Below, piece after piece: positions 13,482-25,912 of a stretch of 64,000 nt of DNA. The stretch spans positions 177,692,001 to 177,756,000 of the forward strand of contig OZ024743.1 of assembly GCA_964016885.1 (NCBI GenBank), read 5' to 3'. The position numbers were made by a program, and so were the translations under genes. The notes beneath the pieces were generated by a model. That model was not told the origin of the DNA, ran no database searches, and saw only the letters and a list, made by a program, of their open reading frames with translations. The stretch's first letter is position 1; every line of letters starts with the position of its first letter. The DNA comes from Eledone cirrhosa. Taxonomy: Eukaryota.

Positions 13482-13709
13482 TTAACTTACTGACAGAAAT
13501 TTCTTTCAAAGCAATATAAACCCTGATATATTAAACTGAAGAAAAATATACTAAGTACTACACCTACGTTTCTATGAGTCATTTGGTACAGCAAATTGTC
13601 GTGGAAGCAATATAATACAAAATATTGAAATTGTTTTGTTGTATAGAACAAAATTATTGATATGAAACTATTGCAGAAATAAGATTCTTTCCTTTTTATT
13701 CTTCTAAAC

Positions 13710-14777
13710 CAAAGGTTCTCAACGGGGTCATATGCACCCCCGGGGGGCGTTCTCGGAACTCCAGGGGGGCGTTTGGGAGCAAGGTCGCCTTAGGGGGGCG
13801 TTTGGAGTTTGAGGGTGGGCTAGGGGCGCTGGAAGACTCTTTACGTTGGTAAGTTTTATAAGCCATATTTGTATGTCTTTGAGACAGCCAGTGTGAATGC
13901 ATTTGAATGAGCTTGCAGACAGCATAACTATAGTCTGACCGCAGCTGTGAGCAGGTGTGCAGGCGTGTCTAGACATTAACCGGTAATTGAGATCCTAAAA
14001 ATGAAAAAAAAACCTCAGTCATCTGGGTCATGGACACTTTGAGCTACATCTTAGGAAAATTCAGCCTCACGTCAAAGAGTTAGCTAGACTCCATGAAGCT
14101 CAAGGGTCCCATTGAAATGAGTCAAAGTTAAAGTAAGTTGATTTTTCCGAAAACTTGGATATGCTATTGTTACAAAGAAAACTAACAATTTTTTTATTTG
14201 TAGTTGCAGTCTGACTGAACTGGGAACCATCTACTACAATTCAATTACTCATTTGTTGTATATATTTTACCATTTATTAATAAATATACCCTCCCGCGTG
14301 GTCATGAAAACCCTCTTCCGTGATCTCTAAGCTCACAAAGCAGGGGGACATTAAGTTTGATATCAACATTTATTCTGTCCGTTTCATTAAAGGGAAAATT
14401 GGAAAGCTTTGAAATGATATAATTGCCACTTTCTTCCAGATAAGAGCTCTCTTTGGATAGACAATTGCTCTTGTATAAAAGTTCAAAATAGCTTGTATCG
14501 CCTGGTGGGAATATAACAAATTCAACTGGTCCTTATTCATAAAAAAGAACATTTATGTTCCTTTTTTTGAAATTTATATATTTCCTTTCAAGGAATGTAT
14601 TTATACTCTCAGCTGCCTGAATATTGTTAATCAATTTTTAAGTAATCTACTGATATCAAAATCAGTAGTATATTGAAAAATGGAAAAATAGAGTAGGGGT
14701 GGGTGGGGGGAGGGGGGCATTTCGTGATTTCAAGGGGCAAAAGGGGGCGTTTGGCGTAAATGGGTTGAGAACCTGTG
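13710..14777 (+). mobile_element. Non-autonomous hAT (Charlie/Buster-like) element
   Basis: TIRs caaaggttctcaac / gttgagaacctgtg; 8-bp TSD TTCTAAAC (13702, 14778); remnant transposase C-terminus KIQPHVKELARLHEAQGSH* at about 14056-14115. Confidence 0.85.
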
Positions 14778-15636
14778 TTCTAAACAAACATTATTTTTGA
14801 GAAATAATGAATTTATCGCAATAAAAATAAATTGGCTTGATGTTTTTCAAAGCAAATGGACGATATAATTTGTGATACATGTCATATTTAGTTATTTAAC
14901 AAAATAAGAATTTCTAATATCTCTTTCAACTATTAATCAATATGTATTTAAATATCAATGTCATTCTAGTGATTAGCCAGTATTCATGGCAAACAGGAGT
15001 TAACTTAAGCATTTGTAATCGATAATTCTGCAGAGGTCTTTGGGATAAAAATCAATTTTAAAATCGTCTCAACTACTTGTAAGCTACTCTCTTATTTTAG
15101 AGCTCCATAGATATCACAAATATCATTGGGGCTCTTCTTAATACAGATAACTTTAAACTATTTTACATTAAAGCACTCTTGTATCATTCATTCAGCCTCC
15201 TCGACCTCTATGGAGACTTGGCTCTTGACAACCCTGCGCCATCGTACACGATCCTGGGCTCTTCTTGCCACTCCAGTTGGCTTTCAGCTTTCTTAACTTT
15301 CTTAACTCAGCCTCAATATCACACCTCCATCTACTTTGGGACATGCCTCTTTTCTTGGTCACGATCAGGTGGCGATAACCGCCGGTGTATTTGCAGAGCT
15401 ACGGCTCTCTAAATCTTTATTTATAAACATACCGTATTTCTTTAGAAATGCGTAATTCCAATACATATCTGTATAGAGCTATGCTCGAACCTACATTGTA
15501 ATTCTGTTCTATTATAAGTCAAGCCAACTAATACAGCTTCATGTGCAAATGAGATTAATCCCCTCATCTACACAGACGAGAAAACTATAGATTCTTGCCT
15601 GTTTTCATGTCCAGGAGTTGCAAGACCAGAAGGGAC

Positions 15637-15676
15637 CGTCCTGATGAGGACCAGTTCAGTTCGAAATGCATCGATG
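15637..15676 (+). ncRNA. Minimal type I hammerhead ribozyme in a 341-bp partial tandem repeat (15367-15843)
   Basis: cgtc CTGATGA GGAC cagttca GTTC GAAA TGCA TC gatg: intact core, stems I and II, palindromic stem III. Confidence 0.8.
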
Positions 15677-16605
15677 CTTATCTCCCTTGCTTCTGCTGGA
15701 AACCGCTAGGTGGCGATAGCCGCCAGTGCTTTTGCATAGCTACAGCTTTCTAAATATTTATTTATAAACATACCGTATTTCTTTGGAAATACGAAATTCC
15801 AATACATATCTGTATACAGCTATGCTCGAAGTTATATTTTAATTATCTAACAATATTTGTTTCAACACACGATTTCATATCAAAAACCTTGTGAAACATA
15901 TAAATAAATATATATATATATATTATATATAACTATCTATCTACCTACCTTTATCTATAGTGTAACTTGGTAATAATTCTGCAGATAAGCAGTTTTCAGT
16001 GAGATTGAACATGGCAAAAAATGATACAAGGAAGGCTCTTTAATATTACAGGTGCAGGTCTATGAAACGGACTTCCAAACAATTTCCGTCTACCTAATTT
16101 TACATCAAGGCATGGATCATCAGAAAGTTATGTTAATATACACTAGCCAGACCGTCGAATTGAACACAGGACCTAATGATTCTGAAGCAAAATACTGAAT
16201 TATTTGGTAATGTTGGAACCACATAGTACAGCCTTTTTTTTTTATTCCCAGATTGCTACAGGGACACTGTATTGACATATGGCGTTTCAAAGGTAATTTT
16301 TAAAACTTAGCGGAGCCCATTTCCTCCCCAAGTCTGAATACAGCAGATTTCTTGCAGAAAAGGATAGGAAGTAAGAGAATGAAAGTGAGAAAGATATATG
16401 TAGGAATAATCTACCGCAGTAATAGACTAGTACTTTTTTATCGACCTCTAATTGATGAAAGGCTAAGTTGGCCTCGGTGGGATTTCACCTCAGAGGGTAA
16501 AGAGTCGAAACGAATATCGTAACGCATTATATCCGACGTTCTAACCAATCCACTCTCTTACAAAATATATTTCAAATGAATCGAGACGAAGTGAGAGTGT
16601 ATAAG

Positions 16606-16912
16606 AATTCATATAAAGATGAGAAAACTCATCGCTAGAACAGCCGATAAAACAGCCAAATGCTGTCGATGACAGCGATGGACAAATATGCCTCAGAGGA
16701 TAGAAACCAGCGTCTAGTGGTCGACCGAGAGATAATACACGAGGGTTGGGGTGACAGGCAGATGAACTATAGAAAATATTGAAAGAGTAGCTCCTCTTCT
16801 AGCAGCCGGTCTCTGTCATCTGAGACATTTTTGCCGAGCACTTGCCATCGACAGCATTTGCTTGTTTTAACGGCTCTTTTAGCGATGAGTTTTCACATCT
16901 GTATATAAATTC
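16606..16912. repeat. Fold-back element, about 110-bp arms
   Basis: aaaactcatcgctagaacagccg..aaatgctgtcgatg / catcgacagcatttg..cggctcttttagcgatgagtttt. Confidence 0.75.
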
Positions 16913-17729
16913 AACTATATTTTATTTGAAAGAAAGTAAGTAAAACTGAAATAAGTTAGGTCGTTTTAAAATAACTCCGTATGATAAATGACATCTCACG
17001 TAGTGTATTTATATCAATATTTCAGAAAATAATTCTAGGATTTATTCTTTTCTTGATAAAAACGATTAATCATACCATCATTCTTCATTTAATCATATTT
17101 ATTCTAATTGTCTACACACAACTAAGTGTACAAATATGTATGTATGTACGTACGTACGTATATAGATATATACATATATATATACATATATAAATACATA
17201 TATGTACACACATACACACACACACACACAAACGCACACACAGACACACACACAAAGACTTAAATCCAAAGAGGGCTCGATAAGGATAAATATATCAAAT
17301 ATATAAGAACCCTAGAGCAAATATCTATTTAGTTTTAGAAGATCCCGTTAAGGGTGAAAGCGTCGATTCTTTGCTTAAACTTTAATCTGTTTATTTTAAT
17401 AATTAATATACATTATATATTATATATATTCTATTGTGTTCCATATATAACATTCACTATGTGCTATTCCATGTGGACATATAAATACATTTATCAAGAA
17501 CAGCTGGTTATCTAAATATATTATTGGAAACGCTAATATGATCTAGTTCCTGTTTGATCGTATTAAATTATGTTTTATAAATAAATTTCGAATATCGATC
17601 GATGATTCAAAACTTGCTCAGTATTAGCTTTTTGATCAAAAGATCAGTATTGTATCTATTTCACATTCGTTAAATCCTATGGCACTGGTGTATTTTCAGC
17701 ATTCTATTATGTCTATTATTATTATCATA

Positions 17730-18510
17730 GTGAAGAAAGTGGATGTGTAATAAAGGGAGGGTGTTGAGCAACGTGCTTTGCGACATGTTACGTTCCTTTG
17801 CATTATGAATTCAAATCCCTCCGAGGTTACTATTGCCTTTCATCCTTACGGAGTCGATACAAATAAAGTACCAGTAATGAACTGGAGTAGATTTAATCGA
17901 ATTTCCCCTCACAAAAAAGTTGTTGGACTAGTGCCTGAATTAGAAAACATTATTATACTAGTGAAGAGTGATGGATTAGCAGAATCGGTAGAGGGTCGGA
18001 CGACATATTTTGCAGCATACAGTTATGGCCCTTTACGGTTTGAGTTCAAACCCCGTCGAGGTTCATTATTACGGGGTCGATAAAATAAAGTACCAGTCAC
18101 ACACTGGGATCGACTTAGTCGACTTTCCCCTCCCCACAAAATTGCTGGCCTTGTGCCTATACTAGAAACCATTATTATACTAGTGAAGGCGGTGGATTAG
18201 CAATAACGGGAGAGCGTTGGACAACATGCTTTGTGACATGTTGTAACGGTCCTTTATATAATGATTTCAAAACCCGCTAATATAAGATTTGCCTTTCATC
18301 CTTATGGGGGCGGTAAAATAAAGTACCAGTCATACACTAGAGACGATTTAATCGACTCTACTCAACCGTTCACATTGTTGGCCTTGTGTCAAATATAGAA
18401 ACTATTCGAGGTTAACTCTGCCTTTCATCCTTACGGGGGTCGATAAAATAAAGTACCAGTAATGCACTGGGGCATTTTGCTGGCCTTGTGCCAAAAGTAG
18501 AAACAATTAT
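17730..18510 (+). mobile_element. Head-to-tail array of about 4 SINE units
   Basis: Repeated tagtgaag..ggattagca..gttcaaa..gataaaataaagtaccag..ggccttgtg..agaaac units. Confidence 0.85.
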
Positions 18511-19185
18511 TTTGCTTATCACTTCTCTTTTTGTCATATGACACATGCACAATAGTTAGAGAGACAGGTTTAGACCGGCGATCCAGACCATGGCATATTT
18601 TGTAGTATTAGCGATTGCCTTCAGCCATGTGTTGTGCGGATCCTATTAAGAGACATCCATTGCTTTCTGGGAAGGTCAAGGCTGGCTGGTTTAGATGTGG
18701 GGTCCTGGACGAGGTCAGGATCGGCCAATTTGGATCAATATATGCACATTACTATTCACTGAACCTCCGTCGAATTATTTCTATCAACTGAGGACCTGAT
18801 TCATGAATTACATGGCGGAGTATTCCATAGACACAAGTAACGTTAAATTAATTCTCAGACATAATCACCGTGACACTGTATGTGACAAGTTTCCACACAG
18901 TTGTCGCTTACTTAATTTCACCTCAGACTGTAGTAAAACAAAATTGCTCAAGATATTACACAATGGGATACAGCCTGGTATCTCATGACTGGAAAATATT
19001 TTTCTCATGAACCTTGCCATTTCTATGCTCACATGTTGCTTCAGTGCTGGATTTAACTATAAGCTAAATAAGCTATAGCTTAGGGTCACACACACTAGGG
19101 TCCTCAGTTTTTTAAAAATATATTTTTAATTTATCATCAATTTTTATTGTTTAACACTAAATCATCAAACCTTATATTATCAATA

Positions 19186-19369
19186 GTGGATTGGCAGTAT
19201 CGGTAGAGGGTCGGATGCCATGCTTTGACGCATAGAGTTACGGTCCTTGCGATTCTGAGTTCAAATCCCGCCAAGGTTTACTTTGCCTTTCATCCTTACG
19301 GGGTCGATAAAATAAAGTACCAGTAATGCACTGGGTAATTGCTGGCCTTGTGCCAAAAGTAGAAACAAT
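19186..19369 (+). mobile_element. tRNA-derived SINE, 13-bp TSD
   Basis: TSD tatattatcaata at 19173 and 19370. Confidence 0.9.
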
Positions 19370-19543
19370 TATATTATCAATAACAATTTGTCTATCTAGT
19401 TCTATTTAGGAATACCGTGTTGCAATCGTTACTGCATTTGTATTTACAATATTATTTTTATTTATTTCAGCATGTACGAGAGAAAACCCCAGCCATGATT
19501 TGGGCTTATAGAGGCTTATCAGCGAAGTTACAATTTCAACGTA

Positions 19544-20002
19544 CTCTCGGGTCTCGAATAATCATTCCCCACAACCGCCACTTAATTTTTCAGACCCACC
19601 ACCACCACCTGCTCTTATTCCGACCTCTACCCATGCTTAATAAATGTTTCCTAATCTATCTTCGACAAAATTTTATTTTAAGAGGTAGCATTCCTGCGAC
19701 AATTAAATTTCTCTATTCATAAAAATAAAACATTATTCATGACAAAAAAAGTACATTATAGGATGGGTTGGGGTTTCAATATGTAAACTAAACAACTAAT
19801 TAAAAAAAGAAAAAAAAATGAACGGAAACAACCTAGAAAAATTACCGATTCCCCTCCCCTCCGCTTATTCCAGCTACCTCGCTTATTGTCGCCCACCTGC
19901 TTATTCCAAATCCCCACACTTATCCCTCCCGCTTATTGCAATTTCCCCGCTTATTCCAACTCTCCTGCCCCGCCTCCACACACTATTATTTAGGACCCAG
20001 AG
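19544..20002. mobile_element. TA-flanked MITE
   Basis: TA-ctctcgggtctcgaataat ... attatttaggacccagag-TA; partial third copy at about 26817. Confidence 0.75.
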
Positions 20003-20141
20003 TACTTGCCTATGTCGTAATTGAAGACTCCCAAGATGATTTGAGAAGAATATACACTGATGGTGCTAAAACATTAAATTGTTTACAATGTGAATAATTT
20101 AGATACACCATCCGTTTTATGTGGAGTAATAATTATGTTAA

Positions 20142-20325
20142 CTAGCAGAAAAACCACCGTTCGGGTGGTTTTTCTGCTGGCATGTGTAGTGTGTATATTG
20201 ATATTATACACAAATATATATACACGAAAATAAAATCGTAATTGACAATATACACAGATATTGCACGAAGACTGCGTTACACTGTCTTCTGTAATCAGTA
20301 ACGTAATCCATGATACATTTAACAA

Positions 20326-20357
<32 letters not shown>

Positions 20358-20735
20358 GATATTATATATAAACTGCATTAGGAGAAAATTACCGACGGAA
20401 ATATATGCGATTATAAGTGTTATAATATAACTGTTTCTACTTTTTGACACAAGGTCAGCAATTACCCAGTACATTACTGGTACTTTATTTTATCGACCCC
20501 TAAGTGTTATAATATAACGGCCGCTAACCGGAAGTGTTGACATTTGACAATTTTAAAGAAGTGAATCTTTAAATAAGCTAAAAAATATATTTAATCAACA
20601 GCCACGAAATTTAGTAGATAAATTATGTAATATTCATTCATTATTTATTCAATGTAATCCAACTTATTTTACAACCGGGGTAAAAATATATATTCTGGAT
20701 GCAGTCCCGCACTCCTTTCTTTATTATAGTTAAGA
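20142..20735 (-). mobile_element. Non-autonomous Helitron-like element with a nested SINE fragment (20432-20500, 18-bp TSD)
   Basis: Minus strand begins A|TCTTAACTATAATAAAG and ends with a hairpin plus CTAG|T; TSD taagtgttataatataac at 20414 and 20501. Confidence 0.65.
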
Positions 20736-21659
20736 TGTAAATATATTCAGTATATTCAATAGAGGGGAAATATTTAAAAATATCAATCATAAGTAATATG
20801 GTGCGACGTCAATAGTGCCAGACTGTATCGGTCATTAGCTTCAACAACATCGTTGGTGTCGAGACGGCAGACTGGTGTCAATGGCTGACTATTCTTCTTC
20901 CACAGACAACCTTACCCAGACTTTTGCTTTGGAGGGGAACATTGAAGGTGCAAATCCCATGGTCATTCGTGACCGAACGGTGTTCTTTACCTTTTACCAA
21001 TAGAAAGACATATAACAAAAAAGTTACACCTTATAAAGATGAAGGAGAAAACGAAAAGGGAGTACAACAGTTGTGTTAGACTAATATTAAAACATTGACC
21101 TAATATTAGAAATACGTGTATAGGGACATGTACTTAGATATAAATAAAACTTCAAGTATCATAAACTAGATGATTCAAAGATAAATAAAAACAGAATATA
21201 AGCGCCATCCGTAATATAAACAATAGGTTTAATCTGATAAAATGGAAGTTAAGAGAATGGGAGAGTTTAGACAGAAAAAAAGGGAAATAAATAAAAATGT
21301 TCTAAATCCAAAATGCTGATAGTAGACTATCAAGATTGTGGGAGATTATCCGAGAGAGGTGAAACTCATAGAACGGACCAAGGAAATACTGTTTACATTG
21401 GTTCTTCCGATTGCTGATACTATCTACCGCTTGCAACTCCTGGCAGATACACACACACAAAAATACTAGAATATAGGGTGAGAAAAGTAAGATTAGAAAC
21501 CTATTTAGAAGTAAACAAACATTTATTAGTGTGATTAGAAAACAAAAGAAACCGATAAAGATGGGTTTTTTTCTGTACATTAAGAAACAATAAAATACAC
21601 ATTAGAAAACTAATTTCAGTGGAAGAGGCAGATTTAGAAAAGACTAAAACAAGGGAATT

Positions 21660-22299
21660 ACTTACGAAAAATATTAACTCAACAAGGCGTTTTCATAGTG
21701 ATGCTGCGGGTACGCTGTAATTCCTATGTTGTAAACACTTGGAGTAATAATAAATCAGGTAAGAAGGTTGACATGGTTTGCTATACAAAAAAGGTTTTTA
21801 ATCTCATAGCTGACAATTGTTTCTCTGAACTGGTAGGTCTAGAGATCGCTATTCGCTTATTTTCACGTTACTCGATCGCCAATACAAAATTATAACCAGT
21901 CAGTTCTTCGGAGCTTGCGAGAATGAAGAGAATATACAGGCATGAAAAGAATATACAGGCTACTATATGTAGTAGTAATGGCATTCAGTTAGAACAATTA
22001 CAACAATGGTATTAATAAATTATTTGAGGAGACCCTGACATTACTTAGGTGGGGGGTATAGTGTATCTAAGATTTCGGCGTGTAAAACTAGCTGTCATGA
22101 GGCAAAATTAAAAGTTTGGCATGTACAGAGTATCGAAGTGTGTATCAATTTTAAATTATAAAGATAAGCCAGTGTTTACAGTCTTTCTTTTCATCTTCAA
22201 TAACATACATGAGTGGGACAACACTGTCAAAGCTAAATAGTTGTTGAGTTAATAGAGGTTAAGGGGGTAATATATGCATATATTTACACACACACATAT

Positions 22300-22338
<39 letters not shown>

Positions 22339-23620
22339 CACATGCATGTGTACATAGACACATACATACACATCAATATACACTCGTACACATGCAAAGA
22401 GATAAGCGTGCTAATTGTAATTATGGCAAAAGGAAGGTAAAGTTACATTGTAGTAGTGATTTGAGAAAAACTAGGATTTAGGATCAAATGATGGCAGCAG
22501 CTGAGAAGGAATAAGTTTGTGGGTTGATGAGGTACTTACAGACATTTGTGTGGTATAGACTTGTGAAGGCTAGAGTATACTTAATGAATATATTTCTGTG
22601 GGTAGTAGGTATCCTAATTTAAAGCTATGTTGTGTTTGTTCGATTCACGGAGGTTTGAATCTTATGAATTTAGTGGCAATTCTATGTCTGCAGAAGATAG
22701 ATCTTTCTAACTTATTGTTAAGTAGCCTTTTTACATTTTTGAGGATATACAATAGCTCAAGATCACATAGCCAGCAGTGGGACATACCTGTACTATAGGT
22801 TTTAGCAGCCGACAACTTCGACCAGTTAATACTGTAGTTAGTGCTGCTGTCCTTCAGTTCCCATATTTTTTTGGCGAGGGTTGTGGAACCGATAAGTGCA
22901 CGGTTTTTCATTGAGTTCCTGTGCACATACCATCTTTTTTTAAAAGAACCCGCGGTGGATCCTATGTAATTCCAGGTGGAGTTACCCGAGATGACCGTGC
23001 ACATGTACACTAGGCTCGAATCGAGACATCTGTTCGCCAATGGGCACCTATCTGGTAGGTGACAGTTACAGTTTGAGGCGCTATTTTGTGCAGATTTTAC
23101 ATTCCTGTTTAGTACTCTGTTATAAGTGGGTTGTGATATATGCCCAATGGGGTTTTACTGCTGCGCGTTTGTATGCGCTTGTGGTTGTGATATTGTGATG
23201 TGTTTGTGCTTATAATTTGGTGCTACGTTATGTATAGATGCAGTTGATTTACTAGAGATATTTCTGTGGTTGATCTTGCGTATGTGTGATTCTATGTTTG
23301 CTGCTGTTGAGTATGAGAGTTTTATAGTAGATCTATTGAGTATTTTGTGATATCTATGCGAGATAGGGAAGTGTTTATCTATTAGTTTAAAGAATGTAGA
23401 GGGCAGTCTAGTTTTTATAGAGGAGTTGAATATTGGGTTGAACCATGGGTATTTTCTTTGTCTGTTTCTTCTATTGTTTCTTGGGTTTACGTTATTAGTG
23501 CTTTGGCCGTTTACTCCAGGTGTTACGTGTCTAACCCTATGTCTAGTCAAGTTATTTCTATTATTATGTGAGCGGTTGGAGTAGTAATTAGTAGGATTGT
23601 TTACGTTGTCTTTATTCACT
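21660..23620 (-). mobile_element. Penelope-like element 3' part (linker, GIY-YIG, 3' region)
   Basis: RQRKYPWFNPIFN..FFKLIDKHFP..ILNRSTIKLSYS; VYMC..YIGSTAGSFKKRWYVH..CWLCDLE..C.HR; 3' part homologous to 52030-52260. Confidence 0.9.
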
Positions 23621-23624
23621 AATA

Positions 23625-23850
23625 AATAATAATAGCGGCTAGAAGGACTATCATAAAATTTGAAAATAGCTACTGGGTAAGAAAGGATAGAATAAATAGC
23701 TTCGATATAACAATGGGATCAAATGATTCTGCGCAAATCACAGATATCGTGGGGCTATTCATAGCACACAACCTACATAAGGAATTCAGTAACCTCCAAG
23801 GAGGAATTTATAGGGACGACACGTTACTTATAGCTAGGAACCTAAATTAC
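23625..23850 (+). mobile_element. Inverted PLE reverse-transcriptase core fragment
   Basis: My translation: ARRTIIKFENSYWVRKDRINSFDITMGSNDSAQITDIVGLFIAHNLHKEFSNLQGGIYRDDTLLIA (MGS and YRDD motifs). Confidence 0.85.
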
Positions 23851-23904
23851 TACTAATTACTACTCCAACCGCTCACATATATATCGAAAGAGAGAGGAAG
23901 AGAG

Positions 23905-23977
<73 letters not shown>

Positions 23978-24168
23978 AAGAGAGAGAGTGAGAGAGTGAG
24001 AGAGAGAGAGAGAGATGTGTAACATTCATTTATTATTGGTTCACCTGTTTGAGCATTCAATGCTCATATGCGTCCGCCTGATCGATCGCGAATCGCGCGT
24101 CAGGTGCTAATAAACTTACAAACATTCTCTTCACTAATAATAATATACACACATGCAAATACACAGAC

Positions 24169-24268
<100 letters not shown>

Positions 24269-24400
24269 ATACTTTGGGAGGGTCATGTTGCCAATAAGAA
24301 ACACACGCACCAGTTGCTTTCACTCCAATTTATTATAATTTAAATTTATAAATTTCCGGTTGGTTGGTTGGTTCCACAACCGGACGGTTGTTCATATATT

Positions 24401-24443
24401 GTCAAAGTTATTTCGTCACACATTATGTGACCTATTCAGTGAT
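24401..24443 (-). ncRNA. Hammerhead-like motif in pLTR-like element 24262-24500 (family of 62922)
   Basis: Minus strand: atca CTGAATA GGTCAC ataatgt GTGAC GAAA taac TT tgac. Confidence 0.55.
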
Positions 24444-24835
24444 TGAGGATTCTTTTCTTTGTTTTGTGCCTCTCCTTTGTTCTGTCCTACGCCATCTTAT
24501 ATATATATATTTAATATAGAAAGGCTTCTACAGAACTAGAACTGTTTCATTCGCGAGTGTGTTTTTGCGAGTGTGTGGGAGTAAGAGCTTTATATGTGTG
24601 CATCTGTGAATGTGCTTATAGACACCTAACCAAAAGCACTGTTAGCTTAAGTGAACCATAAAAATGAGAGTGAACATGTCTATATAATTCTTTCTGCCTT
24701 TGATATTCTAAATATAGTTTTTTAAGAAATCCCTTTTCTTTAAACCCATCAACCAATGACCTCCACACATCCCAATTACCACCCTCTCCTACCACCAGAA
24801 AAAATATAAATATCACCATATTACTTGGACAACCA

Positions 24836-24884
24836 GCTTCCTAATGATTTCTCCCGAATGAAACAGTTCTAGTCTTGTAGAAGC
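24836..24884 (+). ncRNA. Type I hammerhead-like motif (family also at 24511-24555, 43226-43304, 57830-57876)
   Basis: gcttc CTAATGA TTTC tccc GAAT GAAA CAG ttctagtc TTG TA gaagc; the minus copy at 57872 retains CTGATGA. Confidence 0.65.
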
Positions 24885-24969
24885 CTTTCTATATTAAATA
24901 TTTATACTCTGCTTTGTATTGAGTACCTTACTTACTTTGGTTACTTATATATATATATATATATATATA

Positions 24970-25056
<87 letters not shown>

Positions 25057-25216
25057 TATTTACGTATCGAGAGAGAGAAAAAAAAGGGGAGGATAGGTGA
25101 TACATATAGTTATTTGCCAAGTAGCGTGTGCCAAAGGTGCTCGATACTAGTGCCGGCAGTATTAAATATTCGAAGTGTTAATATTTAGTAGGCTAGAGAA
25201 TTAGCAGAGCGTAAGC

Positions 25217-25592
25217 ACGTGGGAAAATAAGACAACGGAGAATAGACCGTTAAAACATGTTTATTTAAAACAGCACCTACGTACGTTTCGCTCGGTTGGG
25301 CTCCTCAAGGGTATAAATAATCAAAAGTGTTCCTTACATTGCTCGGAAAGAGTTTTTGTTAAATCTACGTCAAGGTTCATTGCTCGCAAAAATAGCTTGT
25401 TTTGATTTTGCAGCAGGTCATTTGCGAGCAATGAACCTTGACGTAGATTTAACAAAAACTCTTTCCGAGCAATGTAAGGAACACTTTTGATTATTTATGC
25501 CCTTGAGAAGCCGAACCGGGCGAAATGTACGTAGGTTCTGTTTTAAATAAACATGTTTTAACGGTCCATTCTTCGATTTCTTACTTTCCCAC

Positions 25593-25594
<2 letters not shown>
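25217..25594. mobile_element. 378-bp fold-back element with an HHR-like motif in each arm
   Basis: About 174-bp arms, 30-bp spacer; cc TTGAG(A/G)A GCCC aacc GGGC GAAA cgtacg TA ggt (consensus of both arms) at 25275-25312(-) and 25499-25536(+). Confidence 0.8.
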
Positions 25595-25640
<46 letters not shown>

Positions 25641-25701
25641 ATCTATATATATATATATATACACATATATATATATATGTGTGTATATATATATATATAT
25701 C

Positions 25702-25767
<66 letters not shown>

Positions 25768-25834
25768 TAATATATATATAATATATTTATTATATATGTA
25801 ATATATATAAATATAATATATTTATTACTATTTC

Positions 25835-25912
<78 letters not shown>

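Larger units (their letters stand above)
12305..15357. repeat. About 580-bp inverted duplication (12305-12900 vs 14778-15357)
   Basis: Long reverse-complement match covering the RTE tail and unique AT-rich flank. Confidence 0.9.
10944..20089 (+). pseudogene. Candidate decayed multi-exon gene (exon-like segments 10944-11036, 11351-11415, 15985-16051, 16252-16292, 19471-20089)
   Basis: Canonical polypyrimidine-AG/GT borders. The last three segments are phase-compatible but contain in-frame stops. MITEs interrupt one donor and one exon. Confidence 0.4.
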
